A DNA stretch of 64,000 nucleotides, taken from the NCBI GenBank assembly GCA_000708835.1, contig DF237377.1, positions 15,190-79,189 on the forward strand. Direction: 5' to 3'. Source of the stretch: Klebsormidium nitens (taxonomy: Eukaryota; Plantae; Klebsormidiophyceae). The notes under the pieces are model-generated. The model had not been told where the DNA came from and made no database searches. It worked only from the letters and a program-made list of their open reading frames with translations. A program made the translations under genes and the position numbers. This document shows, piece after piece, positions 1 to 11,400 of this stretch; the stretch's first letter is position 1, and each line of letters starts with the position of its first letter.

Positions 1-30
1 CTTCAAGTATTACAACATCCTGCGAACCCC

Positions 31-424
31 AAAATGCAGGTCTACCGCAACCTCGCCGGTCTAGTTTCACGCGGCCAGCTGTGCGCAGGTGTGCGCGCCC
101 GCTTCCGTCGGGCTTTGTGATCCTGCATCTAGTGACCCTAGTACCGACAAGCTCAGAAGCTCAAAACCTGAAAACCTCAACCTGCGGGTCTACCGCGATA
201 TCGCCAGCCTAGTTGCCCGCGGCCAGCTATGCGACGGCGTCCGCGCCGCTTTGGTTGGACCTCGTAGATTCGAATCTAGCGACCCTAGTAAATCTGAATC
301 TCGCGACCCTAGTACTGCAAAGCTTAAGACCCTAAAATTCCAAACCGCAGGTCTACCGCGACCTCTCCGGTCTAGTTGCTCGCGGCCAGCTGTGCGGCGG
401 CGTGCGCGCCCGCTTCCGTCAGGC
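31..424 (+). repeat. Three tandem degenerate copies of the 3' splice site plus the first ~70 nt of exon 351-608
   Basis: gcag|gtctaccgc...ctagtt...cgcggccagct.tgcg...gcgcc starts at 40, at 188 (AG changed to GG) and at 351 (the real exon). Spacing is 148 and 163 bp. Confidence 0.9.
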
Positions 425-3400
425 CGCCGGCGGCCTCCCGCTCTACGGCGCCGTCAACGGGGGCGCCGGCATCAGCATGACGTCACAGCCGACGCCGGGC
501 CACTTTGTGGGCGGGCATCCCCCGTACCTGGAGAGCCTGTCGGTCGCCGTGTGCTTTTCGGCCGTTCTGCTGGCGCTCGGGACCGCGACGTTCCTGGTGC
601 CGCGGCAGGTGAGAGAAAAGATGGCGGAGAACGGTTTTGTTTGACACAGACGTGTAAGAGTCTAAAGAATGTGGTGTGTGAGGTGTGGCAAGGTTTTTAG
701 GGCGTTCGAAAGGAGTTCGTGACACACGAGGAAGGCGTCTCGAGTTTGGCGCGCCAGGATTGTGGCGGGCGTTGGTACTCTGGTTCCGCAAGAAACACGC
801 CGCTTCATGGTTGTCATTGCGTCCAAGAACGGTGGTACGAAGAGTCAAGGGCCAGACAAAGCGGGAATTGCAAGCACGCTCGCGCTTCAATGTACAGTGT
901 CTCAAACACAGTCCGTCGGACGATGTTCACTCGATGTAAGTGAGCCGTCGTGCTTTGGAGGTGTCGCCCGCTTGACGGTCTTTGCCGGGTTGAAGAGAAG
1001 GTACGATAAAGATTAGCGGTCCTGTCCTCCACTTTCTTCGAAAAGGCCCACGCAGCTAAGCTCGAACCATACCTGTTCCTCCCCGGAAAGAAGTTTCCTT
1101 TCCGTTGCATTTCAACAAAGCGCTGAAGCTTATGTCCCTCCTAGTTGAAGGTCTTTCTTTGGACTGGCCCGCTGCGTGCTGTACAAGCAGCTGCTCTCAA
1201 GAAACCTCATTTTTCTTGTTTCTTTTTTCAACCCCTACGTGTCGCCACCTACGTCTCCAGAATAGTTTATATAATCCCAAAGAGGTATTTTTAACCTCAG
1301 ACAGACTGCTGAAAGTTAACCCCCTCTTCGTTGCAGGTGCCCCCCCGGACGGGCCTTTTGCTGGTGTATGAGTGGCTCTTTTTCGTGTTTGGCGTCGCCT
1401 TTGCCAAGTACCTTGAGGCGGTGCACTTCTGGGGGCGGAGCACGGCGGCTGGAAAGGGCGCCAATGGGGCGGGGGGGAGGTGGGCCGACGAGTCGTCGAG
1501 AGGTGAGCTAACACAAATGTGCAGGGTCTGAACTTAGTCTGTTTCTCCAATGTGCAAAGCTCTCTCAACAAGTTTTAGTTGTGCCGAGCCGAGAGTGCTT
1601 GCGCGTTCTTCGCTTGCGGTTTGGGTTATAGAAGGGCGCCAATGGGTCCGGGGAGGTGGGCCGACGAGTCGTCGCGAGGTGAGCCATCACAATTGTGCAG
1701 GGTCCAAACTTAACCTGTTTTTGAAGCGGATTCAAAAGTGCTTGCGCGTTCTTCGCTTGCGGTTTGGATACTGGAAGGGCGCCACTGGGGCGGTGGGGAG
1801 GCGGGCTGATGAGTCGTCGCAAGGTGAGCCAATTACAAATCTGCAGGGTTTGAAGTTAATTTGATTTTGAAGGTGCCGGTTCAAGAGTGCTTGCGCATTC
1901 TTCGCTTGCGGTTTGGGTAATTGAGATGGTGCCAACGGGGCAGGGGGAAGGTGGGCCGTCGAGTCGTCGCGAGGTGAGCCTACACGTTGTGCAGGTCTGG
2001 ATATATCTGGTATTGGATGTGCCGATTCGGAGTGCTTGCGCATTCTGCGCTTGCGAATTGGGTGACTGGAAGGGCGCAATTGGGAGGGAGCTGGGCCGAC
2101 GTGTCGTTGCGAGGTGACCCTTTCGGATCGTGGACTGACGGGAGATGCCCGTCGATTTGAAACGCATCTGCCGGGAGACGTCGAGATGGCAGCCACGGAA
2201 GGTGTCGGAGCGGGGTCAAGGAAAGTCAGTTATTCTGGGACCGAGGCCGGGGACCGTTTTGGAAAGGATGACGTGGTGGGGTTGGGGTTTTGACCCGGGG
2301 GTTTTGGACGATGACTGGTCGAAAGAACCCTAGCCCAGGTTTTGGCCCCTAGAAGTAGCCATGTTATCCCTTTCCAACAGGGTCCCCAGCCTCGGTCCCA
2401 AAACAACTGACTCTCCTTGATTCCGCTCTGTCGGATGCGGCAACTTGACAGTCTTCATTTTTGAATGTTCCAGATGAGGAGCGCTGGATGATGCATGCTG
2501 GGTGATCGGGCGTGATTCTCAAGGAGCGGCCGAGATAAAGCTTAAGGTTCCGCTCATGAGTGGTGCACTGCTCGAGGGTCCGGTCAGAGGTGGTGCACAT
2601 GCATCAAAGGGTTCCCGTGCTTATGTTTAGCCTGGGATACGAGGCTCTTCTGGAGCATAATCGGTCCATGTCGAGCTGCGTGTTTGGACCGGTTCAAAGA
2701 GGGCCTTCTTCTGACAGAAGAGGAACTGACGGCAGAAGGCAACGTTCCGGGAAGTGGCCTTCGGAGCACATTAATTCTTTATAGAATCTGGGCGGTAGTC
2801 CTAACGCACTTCCAACCCCGACTCCAAATTCCTCTGCTGATCTGCTTCGTTTTGACAGGTCGGAATAAGCCCGAGCCGCTCCAAGCCGGGTGGGACTCCG
2901 AGACTGCGGGGTATGTTCTTGGAATGGGGGGGCTGGCCATTTTGGCGCCGTGCCTGCCGTGGTTGCTGGGAGTCGACGCGCTTTTCGCAAAGTGAGCAGA
3001 CTCCTTTTTTTGGATTCGCACTTTTTACGGCTCTTGAAAACGGTTTGTCGCTTCGCTTCGTGGAAAAAAAGAAACGTGTAGAACGGCTGCGAGCTTGCGT
3101 GGCGTCAGTTCGGTGAACGTTACGCAAGGCGAAAAGTGCAGAATTGGCTCTGTGCGGAACATTCTGGGAGATTGTGGTCATCCAGTTGGACTTCGCCGCT
3201 TGGCGAGGAATCGTTGACCTCTTGTCAACCCACTTGCCGGCCGGTTTCTTTGAATCTGTAAGAGTTGCTGTATTAGGTACTGCTGCTCGTTTTGGTTGCG
3301 ACCCGGATGAAAGATAGATCCGGGGCCCGGATTAAGATGTTCAAGCTTTCTCTGCTTTCCGCAGGCTGGGTCTCATGTTGGCGGGGCTTTTCCTGTGGGC

Positions 3401-3476
3401 CATTTTCATGACGCACGCTGCTTCCCGCCTGGCGGTACGCTACTACTTGTCGGGCATTCTATCGTCGGCCCACTGA
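351..3476 (+). CDS. 3' part of an unidentified multi-pass membrane protein; 5' exons lie upstream of the window
   Basis: Phase-consistent GT-AG exons 351-608, 1337-1502, 2859-2910 and 3365-3476 (TGA). They give ...LESLSVAVCFSAVLLALGTATFLVPRQ/VPPRTGLLLVYEWLFFVFGVAFAKYLEAVHFWG...WDSETA/GLGLMLAGLFLWAIFMTHAASRLAVRYYLSGILSSAH*, with about three hydrophobic helices and GC-rich codons. Family not recognised. Confidence 0.75.
1450..2120 (+). repeat. Five-copy tandem array (140-176 bp unit) containing the exon tail and 5' splice site of exon 1337-1502
   Basis: Core aagggcgc..tggg...ggag.tgggccga.gagtcgtcgcgag|gtgag with donor GT at 1503, 1679, 1824, 1974 and 2114. The linker gtgcttgcgc.ttct.cgcttgcg..ttggg recurs between copies. 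Confidence 0.93.
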
Positions 3477-4458
3477 CGGTTTGCCACGTTTAAGCATTGG
3501 CTCTAAGCACAGGTTTTGGAATTGTCCACAAAGCACGCAATAAGAGACAGTCTGGGCAAGGGAAGGGCTAAGAAGGTTGGAATCAAAATGCGGAAAATGA
3601 ATCTTAGGTGATTTCTTCTGAAAGATACGACGGCTAGTCAAATCCTGAAGGTTTCAATCTGCGTGCACCCACTATTGTCGATGGTGATGCTTTGGCATAC
3701 ATTGCATGAACTAGATTCTGTAGCCTGGTTGGCAGAGGATCGGCCGGGCAGGCTCGATTGCATCGTGCCACAATCTGTGCATATGTATGCTGATCGATTG
3801 TCAGGCTGGCCGCGGCCCGGCCGTGTTCGTCAGGTTGCATGCATCATGGGCTACGGTTGCACGCTGTACATCTGGCCGGCCCTCGCTTGATCATGGATTG
3901 TATAGCTACCTTCTACTAGATGATAGCTCTCGCGCCTTTTATATAAGTCCGTCCGGTCGCGGATGCATGCATGCGATTGCACATATGATACTCCGTACGA
4001 CGATCTTATAATAATGGAATGCTCAAACGACGTAGGTTCTTGCATGCGCCTTGTGCTGATTAATCTTCTAAGGTTAAAAGAAGCTATATATCCACAGCCT
4101 GAGCAAGCTGTTTGAGTATAATGCGGCCAATTATCAGTATGTGTCCGTACATGACGGTACAGCAGTCGTGCGGCCCTCTGCAGGTGCGACCGTCCAACCT
4201 GCATGGGCTGACATGCCGACTAGGCTCAGAGCTGCTCTTCTTGAAGATCCTGCATGTGGCATCCGCCTACTGTATATTCGCTGAGCTATTACACATGCTA
4301 CAGGCCAACTAAGTTCCTTCTACGATGCCTTCGTTCGCGAACGCATCGAAACCTGTGAGACGACCGAACCGCTGCTAAAACTACTGCAAGTATATGTACA
4401 CATCCTTCGGGCTCAGACGGTAGCCAAAAGCAATTCTACAGAGCGATCGACCCCAAAC

Positions 4459-7400
4459 TCAGACGGTATGCCAGTCCCCTTCGACGCCCTTTAATCGTTC
4501 CCGCAAGCGCCGCTGCGCTTCGGCAAACTCTGTGTCGTTCAGTGCCGGCGCGCCAGTCCTCATCTGTCCGTTGAACGTTCCTGTGTGGTGGGGAATCCAG
4601 CTTTTGCAGCCGCCATGCTCTTGCGCGTACTCGAGTTGGATGGGCCACAACAGCGGCGTCACTCGAAGCTACAAGACAGAGAAACAGTGTGTTTAGAGGG
4701 CAAGACTAGGACATATAATATACTAGACTCTGGAACGCAAGATTTGCGGAAGGGGGATTACGGGCTTTCAAGCCTCATTCTTGGTCTCGATGGTAGGTAA
4801 TCTGCCGCTTTTCATGACCACCGAAAAGCTTTCGAGATATTGTCTAAAAAGCCTGGACATGGCCCGATATGTGAGCAGCTATGACTTTAAGAAAGAGAGC
4901 GGTAGATGCAGTCAATCCTCAGACCAAACATCGGAGGCGGTTGTGCACGCAACTACGGAACAGACGGCACCTTGATCCGGATTGTCTGCCGTTCTTGCAC
5001 ACCCCGTGAATGACGAGCAGAAGTAGGACTGTGCGCGAAGGCCTGACCGACTTTTAACAGCATCCGAATCGCCTGTAGAGACGCCGTATCTCACAGCAGA
5101 CTCGCCAAAGCCTGTGCAAAATGGCCACGGCTGCGTGATCGAAGATGGTCTCTTAGACCCGGAAGCGGAAGTCAACGTTACCTCGAGAATCGAAAGAGGG
5201 CGGTCCATCTTCCAGCCGAGCCGCTTGTGAAGGAACTCGTCAGACCAGATGTGCAGATCTGCAAAAAATCCAAGAATTTCGATCTCGTAATGGTGCCGGA
5301 GCCAAACGAACGGTGTTCTAATCTTGATTGAAGTTTAGCGTACTTGCTTACGTCCGACAGATTAGTTGCTTGTTGAAGGTGAGCAGAAAGCTGACAGCAC
5401 AGATTGGAGCGAAGGGAGAACGAGGTACGAAATTCGGAGACACTCTTTGTGCCTCATGTAGGACGCACCCTAGTCAAATCGGGCTTTTTTGCGACGTATG
5501 AATTGGGTTGCGCTATTGCTGAAGCTCGCGTTTGCGAGCGCCTCGAAGCAGCAGAGTTTGTGATCCGTCTGCGCAACTGGTGGCCGTCTTGTAGAAAAAC
5601 ATTCGTAATTCTGATCTGATGCTTTTACAAGCGTGGGGAGCTCGCTGAGCTATTCAAAGCTGTAGATATCAACTTGACAGAATGCCCCAATTTTGAGTCT
5701 ATTGTTTCAATTCTCCTACCCCGAGGACCTCGCTATCTCTTTTCATGTGCAACTTCTTTTGCGTTGGGCGGGAAAGGTATTCACAACGACTGGGCGCCGC
5801 GAAGCAGACTCCTGGCTCGTGTTAAATTGCACACCACAATCTGTAAGAAACGGTCACGTGCTTCCCACCTTTTAGGTTGCTCAAAATGTCGGGATCCTTG
5901 GTGCTCCACAAGCCGGTGCAACGGGCGTATGCTGAGATCTCAACGACGGCCCCCAACGGCCGTTCCGGAGGGATTTTTAGCGCCTGACAAAGCCAAATTT
6001 CCGTCGGCTTCTGAGCGGGATCAGGCGAGTAGCCCGGAGGCGGACCCCTAAAGTCGCCCGTGACTAGCTGCACACGTTGAATGCTACTGTGCGGCAAAGT
6101 GGAGAGTCGTTTGTCTGGTCGAACGAAGCAAGTTACAGGAAGGCAGTTGCGGGGGCAAGGTGTAGGTTCTCAGAACGAGGTGAGTTGCATTTCGGGAGTA
6201 TGTTTATTGCTTTTCCCAAACATTAACTAACTGGGGTAGAATGCGACGGCGCCAAGAAGGAGCAAAAAGGAATATCAAATCATGTGAACATGGTCGTATG
6301 CTAGAAATATGGATACTACAGACTTGCAAAGAGTTTCCATACCCAATTCAAGCTCGCCCTCGATCATTTGTTGCACAGAGCAAGTGCCTTTCCAAACGGT
6401 TTCCAAGGTTCGTCAAATCGTGCCAGAAGACTCGGTTACAACACGTCACGGGCCTCTCAAGGTTGCCTTACCGCCGAATGTTGCTCCACAAACTCGGGTT
6501 TCAGCATGCTTGGGGTGGCGTGGAAGAAGCTGGGGAAGAAAAGGAACTCGGAGGAGGGGAGGGCGAAAGCCCTCTCATGGATCCCACCTTTCCGGAGGAT
6601 ACAGATCTGCTGTCCAGCGACAAGCGCATCGATCTGCAACATGTGAAAGACTGATGTAGATTGGGCTTGATACATGTGCCTTATCGTCGATTCACCAGGC
6701 AAGTATGGGTGGCTGTCTTCGACTTGAGAGCAATGGAAAGCGCAGCATCTTGCATGGAGGGCTTGGCCTCCGTCCGGCAAAGGCATCACATTGGCTGGCT
6801 AATTGATCTTTGAAACATAGGTCTCGCTAAGCGAAACATAAGATCCACAAGAGAACAAGCCGCTGCGCTGCCACCACAGCCTGTCTTGTCAATCTTGAGG
6901 ACTAAGATCATTTGCTGGTCCTTCAAAAGCGGGGACCATAATCAGAAGCTCTTCTTCAGTGAGAGCTAATGCCAGATGAGATTTGAAACCTATGTTAGCT
7001 GAAGATCGGATGTCTGTGACGGACTTTCTGAACGATTCAAAGTTCTGGCCACTCACATTAGGTTGCTGTGGAGAAAGGCAAGAGAGAAAGGGACCCAAGC
7101 AAGAACTCGAAGGGTGGTCTGCGGCTCCGCTAAAGAGACACAAAAGCTGGGATGCCAAACTTGCTAGTATTAAGTTTGGTGGCTCAAGTATTGTCTCACT
7201 AGGCCTGCAATCCTGCCATACCACCAGCTATCACCAGGGATGAGTGGAAGGCCCAAGCATGACAAACAAACGCGCACTCCTCCGAATTGAGGGCTGACAG
7301 TTCCTTGGGTTGTCGACATGTTTGTCTGGCCTTTCTACGTTGACTCAGCCATGGGGCTAAGAAGCCTGGGGGCACTCACTGTGATTTTCCACTCCTTTAG

Positions 7401-7826
7401 CAGCCAGATATTGCCCTCTTCTCCTTCCACATGCTCTGTCTCTTGCTCTGTGTTTACAGGTTCAACCCCCGCAGCCTTGCAGCTTCGATCCTGCTGGTGC
7501 CGCCCTCCGAAAGCCCCACGAGACCTTGCTAGCAACCTTTTGAGATCATAAGGTTGGCTTTTTGGCCGGAGACTAGCTGTGCGATGTTCAGAGCTGATAT
7601 AAAGGGGAAGTTGTACAGCTTCAGATTCCACAGCTTTGTTTGGTGGAAGGTAACGAGAATGTGGATACATAGCATGTGGCACCTGAAAGTGGCACGTGCC
7701 TCCAATCCCCCTCTGAGGCCCGTAATTTGACTGCACACCGAAACGTGCTTGCAGACGAGTCTTGCCTACTTGCAGCGGATCGCTGATAGCCCTAGCTCTA
7801 GCTGGCGATATCTTTACAGATGCCAT
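4459..7826 (-). CDS. DUF1802 family protein with an N-terminal extension (possible organellar transit peptide); start uncertain
   Basis: Minus-strand exons 7380-(7490 or 7826), 6472-6633, 5869-5983, 5182-5258 and 4459-4668 join in phase. They give LLKEWKIT/IDALVAGQQICILRKGGIHERAF...FLFFPSFFH...LKPEF/...VVEISAYARCTGLW/DLHIWSDEFLHKRLGWK..PLSILE/LRV..L..P....GGCKSWI...PALNDTEF, which contains the hallmark DUF1802 motifs LKEW, LRKGGI, HIW, RL.WK and GCKSW. An extra upstream exon (about 8302-8373) is possible. Confidence 0.85.
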
Positions 7827-8085
7827 GCTTTCTATCACCGCCCTCAAGTGTGAGCCACAAAAGCCCGCTGCCTACTTCGGACCACCTCGCAACATGAAAA
7901 GATGGAGCCTCTCAACAGCAAGAGACTGCACTAGACAGCATTGTGAACATAGCAGCTAGCGTAGTGCTCTCATGCCAACGTGATGGCCACGAGAGTCTTA
8001 CTCATAGACTGAAACTTCAGAGAGCTGGGACTCCGAGTCTAGTCCAGAGCTCAGCTTAAAGTTAAAGTTATTGCAGATTCTCGGC

Positions 8086-8094
8086 AAACCCTAA
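8086..8094 (+). promoter_or_regulatory. Telo-box-like element AAACCCTAA upstream of RWDD1/GIR2
   Basis: Exact AAACCCTAA about 380 bp upstream of the RWDD1 ATG, with an inverted TTAGGGT about 20 nt downstream. Telo-boxes are known in promoters of plant translation-related genes. Function here is untested. Confidence 0.3.
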
Positions 8095-8470
8095 TAAAAT
8101 ACCTTTACAGGTTTAGGGTAACCTCCGCAAGAATAGACTGGCTACGAAACGGGTCAGAGTTAACCCAAGTCCAATGTGGCGCCTATGGGGGCAGCTATGA
8201 AAACTGCACAGGGTGCTGCATTTCAGGACCAGCAAAGCAAAGGCATGGGCGCTTGAAGCTGGTGAAGGACGAAGTAGAGTTTGCGCACTGCACAGGCGGA
8301 CCTGAGCTGTTGTTGGTAGGTACTGCACTTCTGAGGGGGCATGCTCGAGGAGCGGAGCAGCTCGAATGCCCATCACCGCAAAAGGGTTTCTAAATACTGA
8401 AAACTTTTCTTGATTGAAGAGCAGAGGGGGACATATACACGGGGAGCAGCGCGCTGCAAAACCCGCCAAA

Positions 8471-11400
8471 ATGACGGGTAAGACTTTCTTAGGGAAATGC
8501 AGCACATGCTGTTGCTGCTATCGCCACCAGAAGAGCAGAAGGCAGCCTGGACAACAGCTCATTACCACCTTGCATGGCGTGACGGGCGTCACAATATTGT
8601 GATGATGGATCGATTCAACTGGTGACTGAAAAAGACCAATGCGAGTGTCAGCGGCAGTCGAAGGACGTTCTTAATGCATACTGATCAGTCCTGGCGCCCT
8701 CCGTCCCCAATCGTTGGCCAGGTCCAAGAGTTTGCAACATTTGGGCAGACACGGCAACTAGCGGTTAGAGCTGCACCACTCATTTCATCATGGCGCTAAT
8801 TGATTGAGTTGCTTGATTTGGTCACCTGTTTCTTGGGTGCAGACTACGCGGCAGAACAGGAGATGGAGATTGAGGCGCTGGAAGCGATCCTCATGGAAGA
8901 CCTGACAGGTGCGCACCATTCTGACTCCCTGCTATGTTTCGCATAAAGACGTTCAGCATGTCGATAGCGGCGCCGTGAAAGCGCTATCAAGACTAAGAAA
9001 GCTCGGAAGAAGCCGCAAACTACAGAGGATGGCTCAGAATGAAAGCTGCTTGTAATTCTTGGCTTTTGCTGCCCCCGCTGGCTCGACCTCTTCAAGAAGA
9101 GTCGGTTCGCTGCGAAGATGGTCGCGTTCATCATGTTGTGTATGGGATGCTTGGTAATCAGAGAGTGGTCCTTTGACTTCAAACCCTTGCTGCAAACACA
9201 GAGTTGGAGGATGGAGCGGCCGGGGGCTTGGAGACGGACGGGCGGTGTTGGCAGATTGACATCAAGCCGCAGGTGAATTTTCTGTGAGGACTGCCAGTGA
9301 CCGCCTGTGGTTATGACACTGAAGTCCTGCGGTTGTATGTCCGCACCAAAGGCCTGTTTTCTGAAGAAGCCCTGAATTGCTGCGTCGGTTGTTGATCCAT
9401 TTCTTACTGTGCTGCTTTCAAATCTTCTGACCTCGCAGTAGTGGCCCAAAGTACACATCAAGCTGCCGTTGTAGATCGCGGAGTTGTGTCCGGTCGAAGT
9501 GAGCTTAGAGCGTGGGACCTTAGGTTGTGTAAGGCTCCCTATGAATCTTCTTATTCATCAGTCAGAATCTTGTTGCAGGGGGATGATGAAGAGGAGCTTA
9601 CAGAGATGCCAGGTCAGTCATTCGTACCTTTGCTGGTTCTCTCAGCAATCCGTATGAGTAAGAGTATATTGCCAAATTGGCCTCGTAAAAAGCGGTTTTA
9701 GCTTGATTTGCCAGAGCTGCCATTAGGATACACCCCTGAAGCAAAGACGAGTTCTAGGCGTCAAGGGTGATTTCTTTCTCGATTCGTGTATATTGTGCTA
9801 ATCATCTCCCTCTTTAGGCATCGGTTGAGGAGAATCATGTAGCCTAAACACCATGATTGCCGCGACCAAAAGGTGTCCACCAGAAACCCAGTGAGTCGGA
9901 AGACCAACAGGTTGTTCAATACTAGATTTGCTGATCCCAATGTTTTGCTTTGTGCAGTCCGAATAAAGCTGGTCTTTGCCCACACGCCAAACTACCCGGA
10001 CGAGCCCCCGCTGTTCAACATCCGAGGGTGAGCTATGGTTGAAAATGGAACGGACGAATTTCAAAGTACTGCCTTCCTCCACATTTTTGGTTATGCTAGA
10101 TGAGAGTTAATCCAGGCTACAGAGGTTGATGAGAGTTCAAAGTTGTGGCATGATCTAGGTAAACCTGTATTGCGGTTTACAATGAGAGTCTCTCAAGGGT
10201 CGAATAAGACCGTCTGATAGGCTAGCTGCTCTCGAATTCAGCACGTTCCATTAGTTCCATGCCAATGCCAATTCGTTGGTCGGAAACAACGGGTTAACAA
10301 GACCCTAAGCAATTTCCATCCTTCGGTACTTGCAGTATTCAGGGGTTGAGTACGAAAGACGTCAACGAATTGAAAGCGAAACTAGAGGAGGAGGTGAGGG
10401 GCTCGACCGGTTTTTCTCAGCCAAGTTCTGTTAAGGTTGCCAGGAGAATTAAGGTTGCCAGGAGAGTCATATCGTTGAATAATCAGGCGACAATCGCTTC
10501 AAGCGCAAACCTCTTGAGACCGTCTTGTCTCTCAAATTGGCCCTCGAAATCCGATCTGCATGAAACGTGCGCGAATGCAAAATGATGAGTTGCCTGACCG
10601 TGAAGCACAGCGACAAGGTCGCAGCTCTTGCGGGAAGCAGCCATCTTCGCTAAATGAAAGCAGGGGTTCCAGTCCAGGTATAGCCTTCAAAAGTCAGTCG
10701 AGCAAAGATAAGGCGGAATGTGTCAAACCAACCTTTAGTTCGTCGCAAGTTCTCACTCTTTACCAGCGAATCCAAAAGTCCCCAAATTGCGCCTTTGTCC
10801 AGGTACAAGAAAACCTAGGGATGTCGATGATGTTCACGCTAGCAACGTCAGCCAAAGAGTGGTTAAGGGACAAGGTCGCGGGAGCTGAGGAGGCCAATGC
10901 AGAGGAAGATAAGGAGCCAGTAGAAGAGGTGGGATGCTGCCGACCTGGCCTCTATTTGTTTCTTTGAGGTGTCTTATTTGGAATGGGACATGTCTTGCTC
11001 TTGCGAAGCCGTTTGGTCCAGTGCTAAAGATTGTGATCTTTCGTAAGTAGCTTCTGTCCTCAGACTTGCTAGCTCGCGAGATGAGGCGAAGAGGAGAAGA
11101 AGAGATTGCGAATGAGAGAGAGTCACGACTAAGGAAAACATCGTCTTCCGTAGGCTAAATTCGGCAGGATACCTTGATTGTTTTTCGACGCGGGGTCTTC
11201 GAAGCAGCTATCCACCAGATGAATCGTCGCACTGGCTCGGAAAGCTTACCTCTCGTGAGCGGGACCGGGTTGGCTTTGTTTTGACCTCCACGCATTGCAC
11301 GTTTCCATTTTCGGGCTTGAAAAACTTCGCCCGCGGATAGTTGTCCGCCTCAGCCCATCTGCTCGTGCAATCGTTCTTGGAATGGTGCGCCAGGCAAAAG

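Noticed and set aside
89-700. 203-aa ORF
   Set aside because: It arises from reading through the tandem echoes into an off-frame exon and gives a low-complexity Arg-rich product.
1450-2120. Repeat array as a possible CRISPR array
   Set aside because: Units are 140-176 bp and degenerate along their whole length, with no unique spacers. They derive from an exon/intron junction in a eukaryotic gene, and no cas genes are present.
2178-2293. Candidate last exon DVEMAATEG...GLGF* for the membrane protein
   Set aside because: The acceptor is poor (GAG). Exons 2859-2910 and 3365-3476 have canonical sites, fit the phases and add a transmembrane helix.
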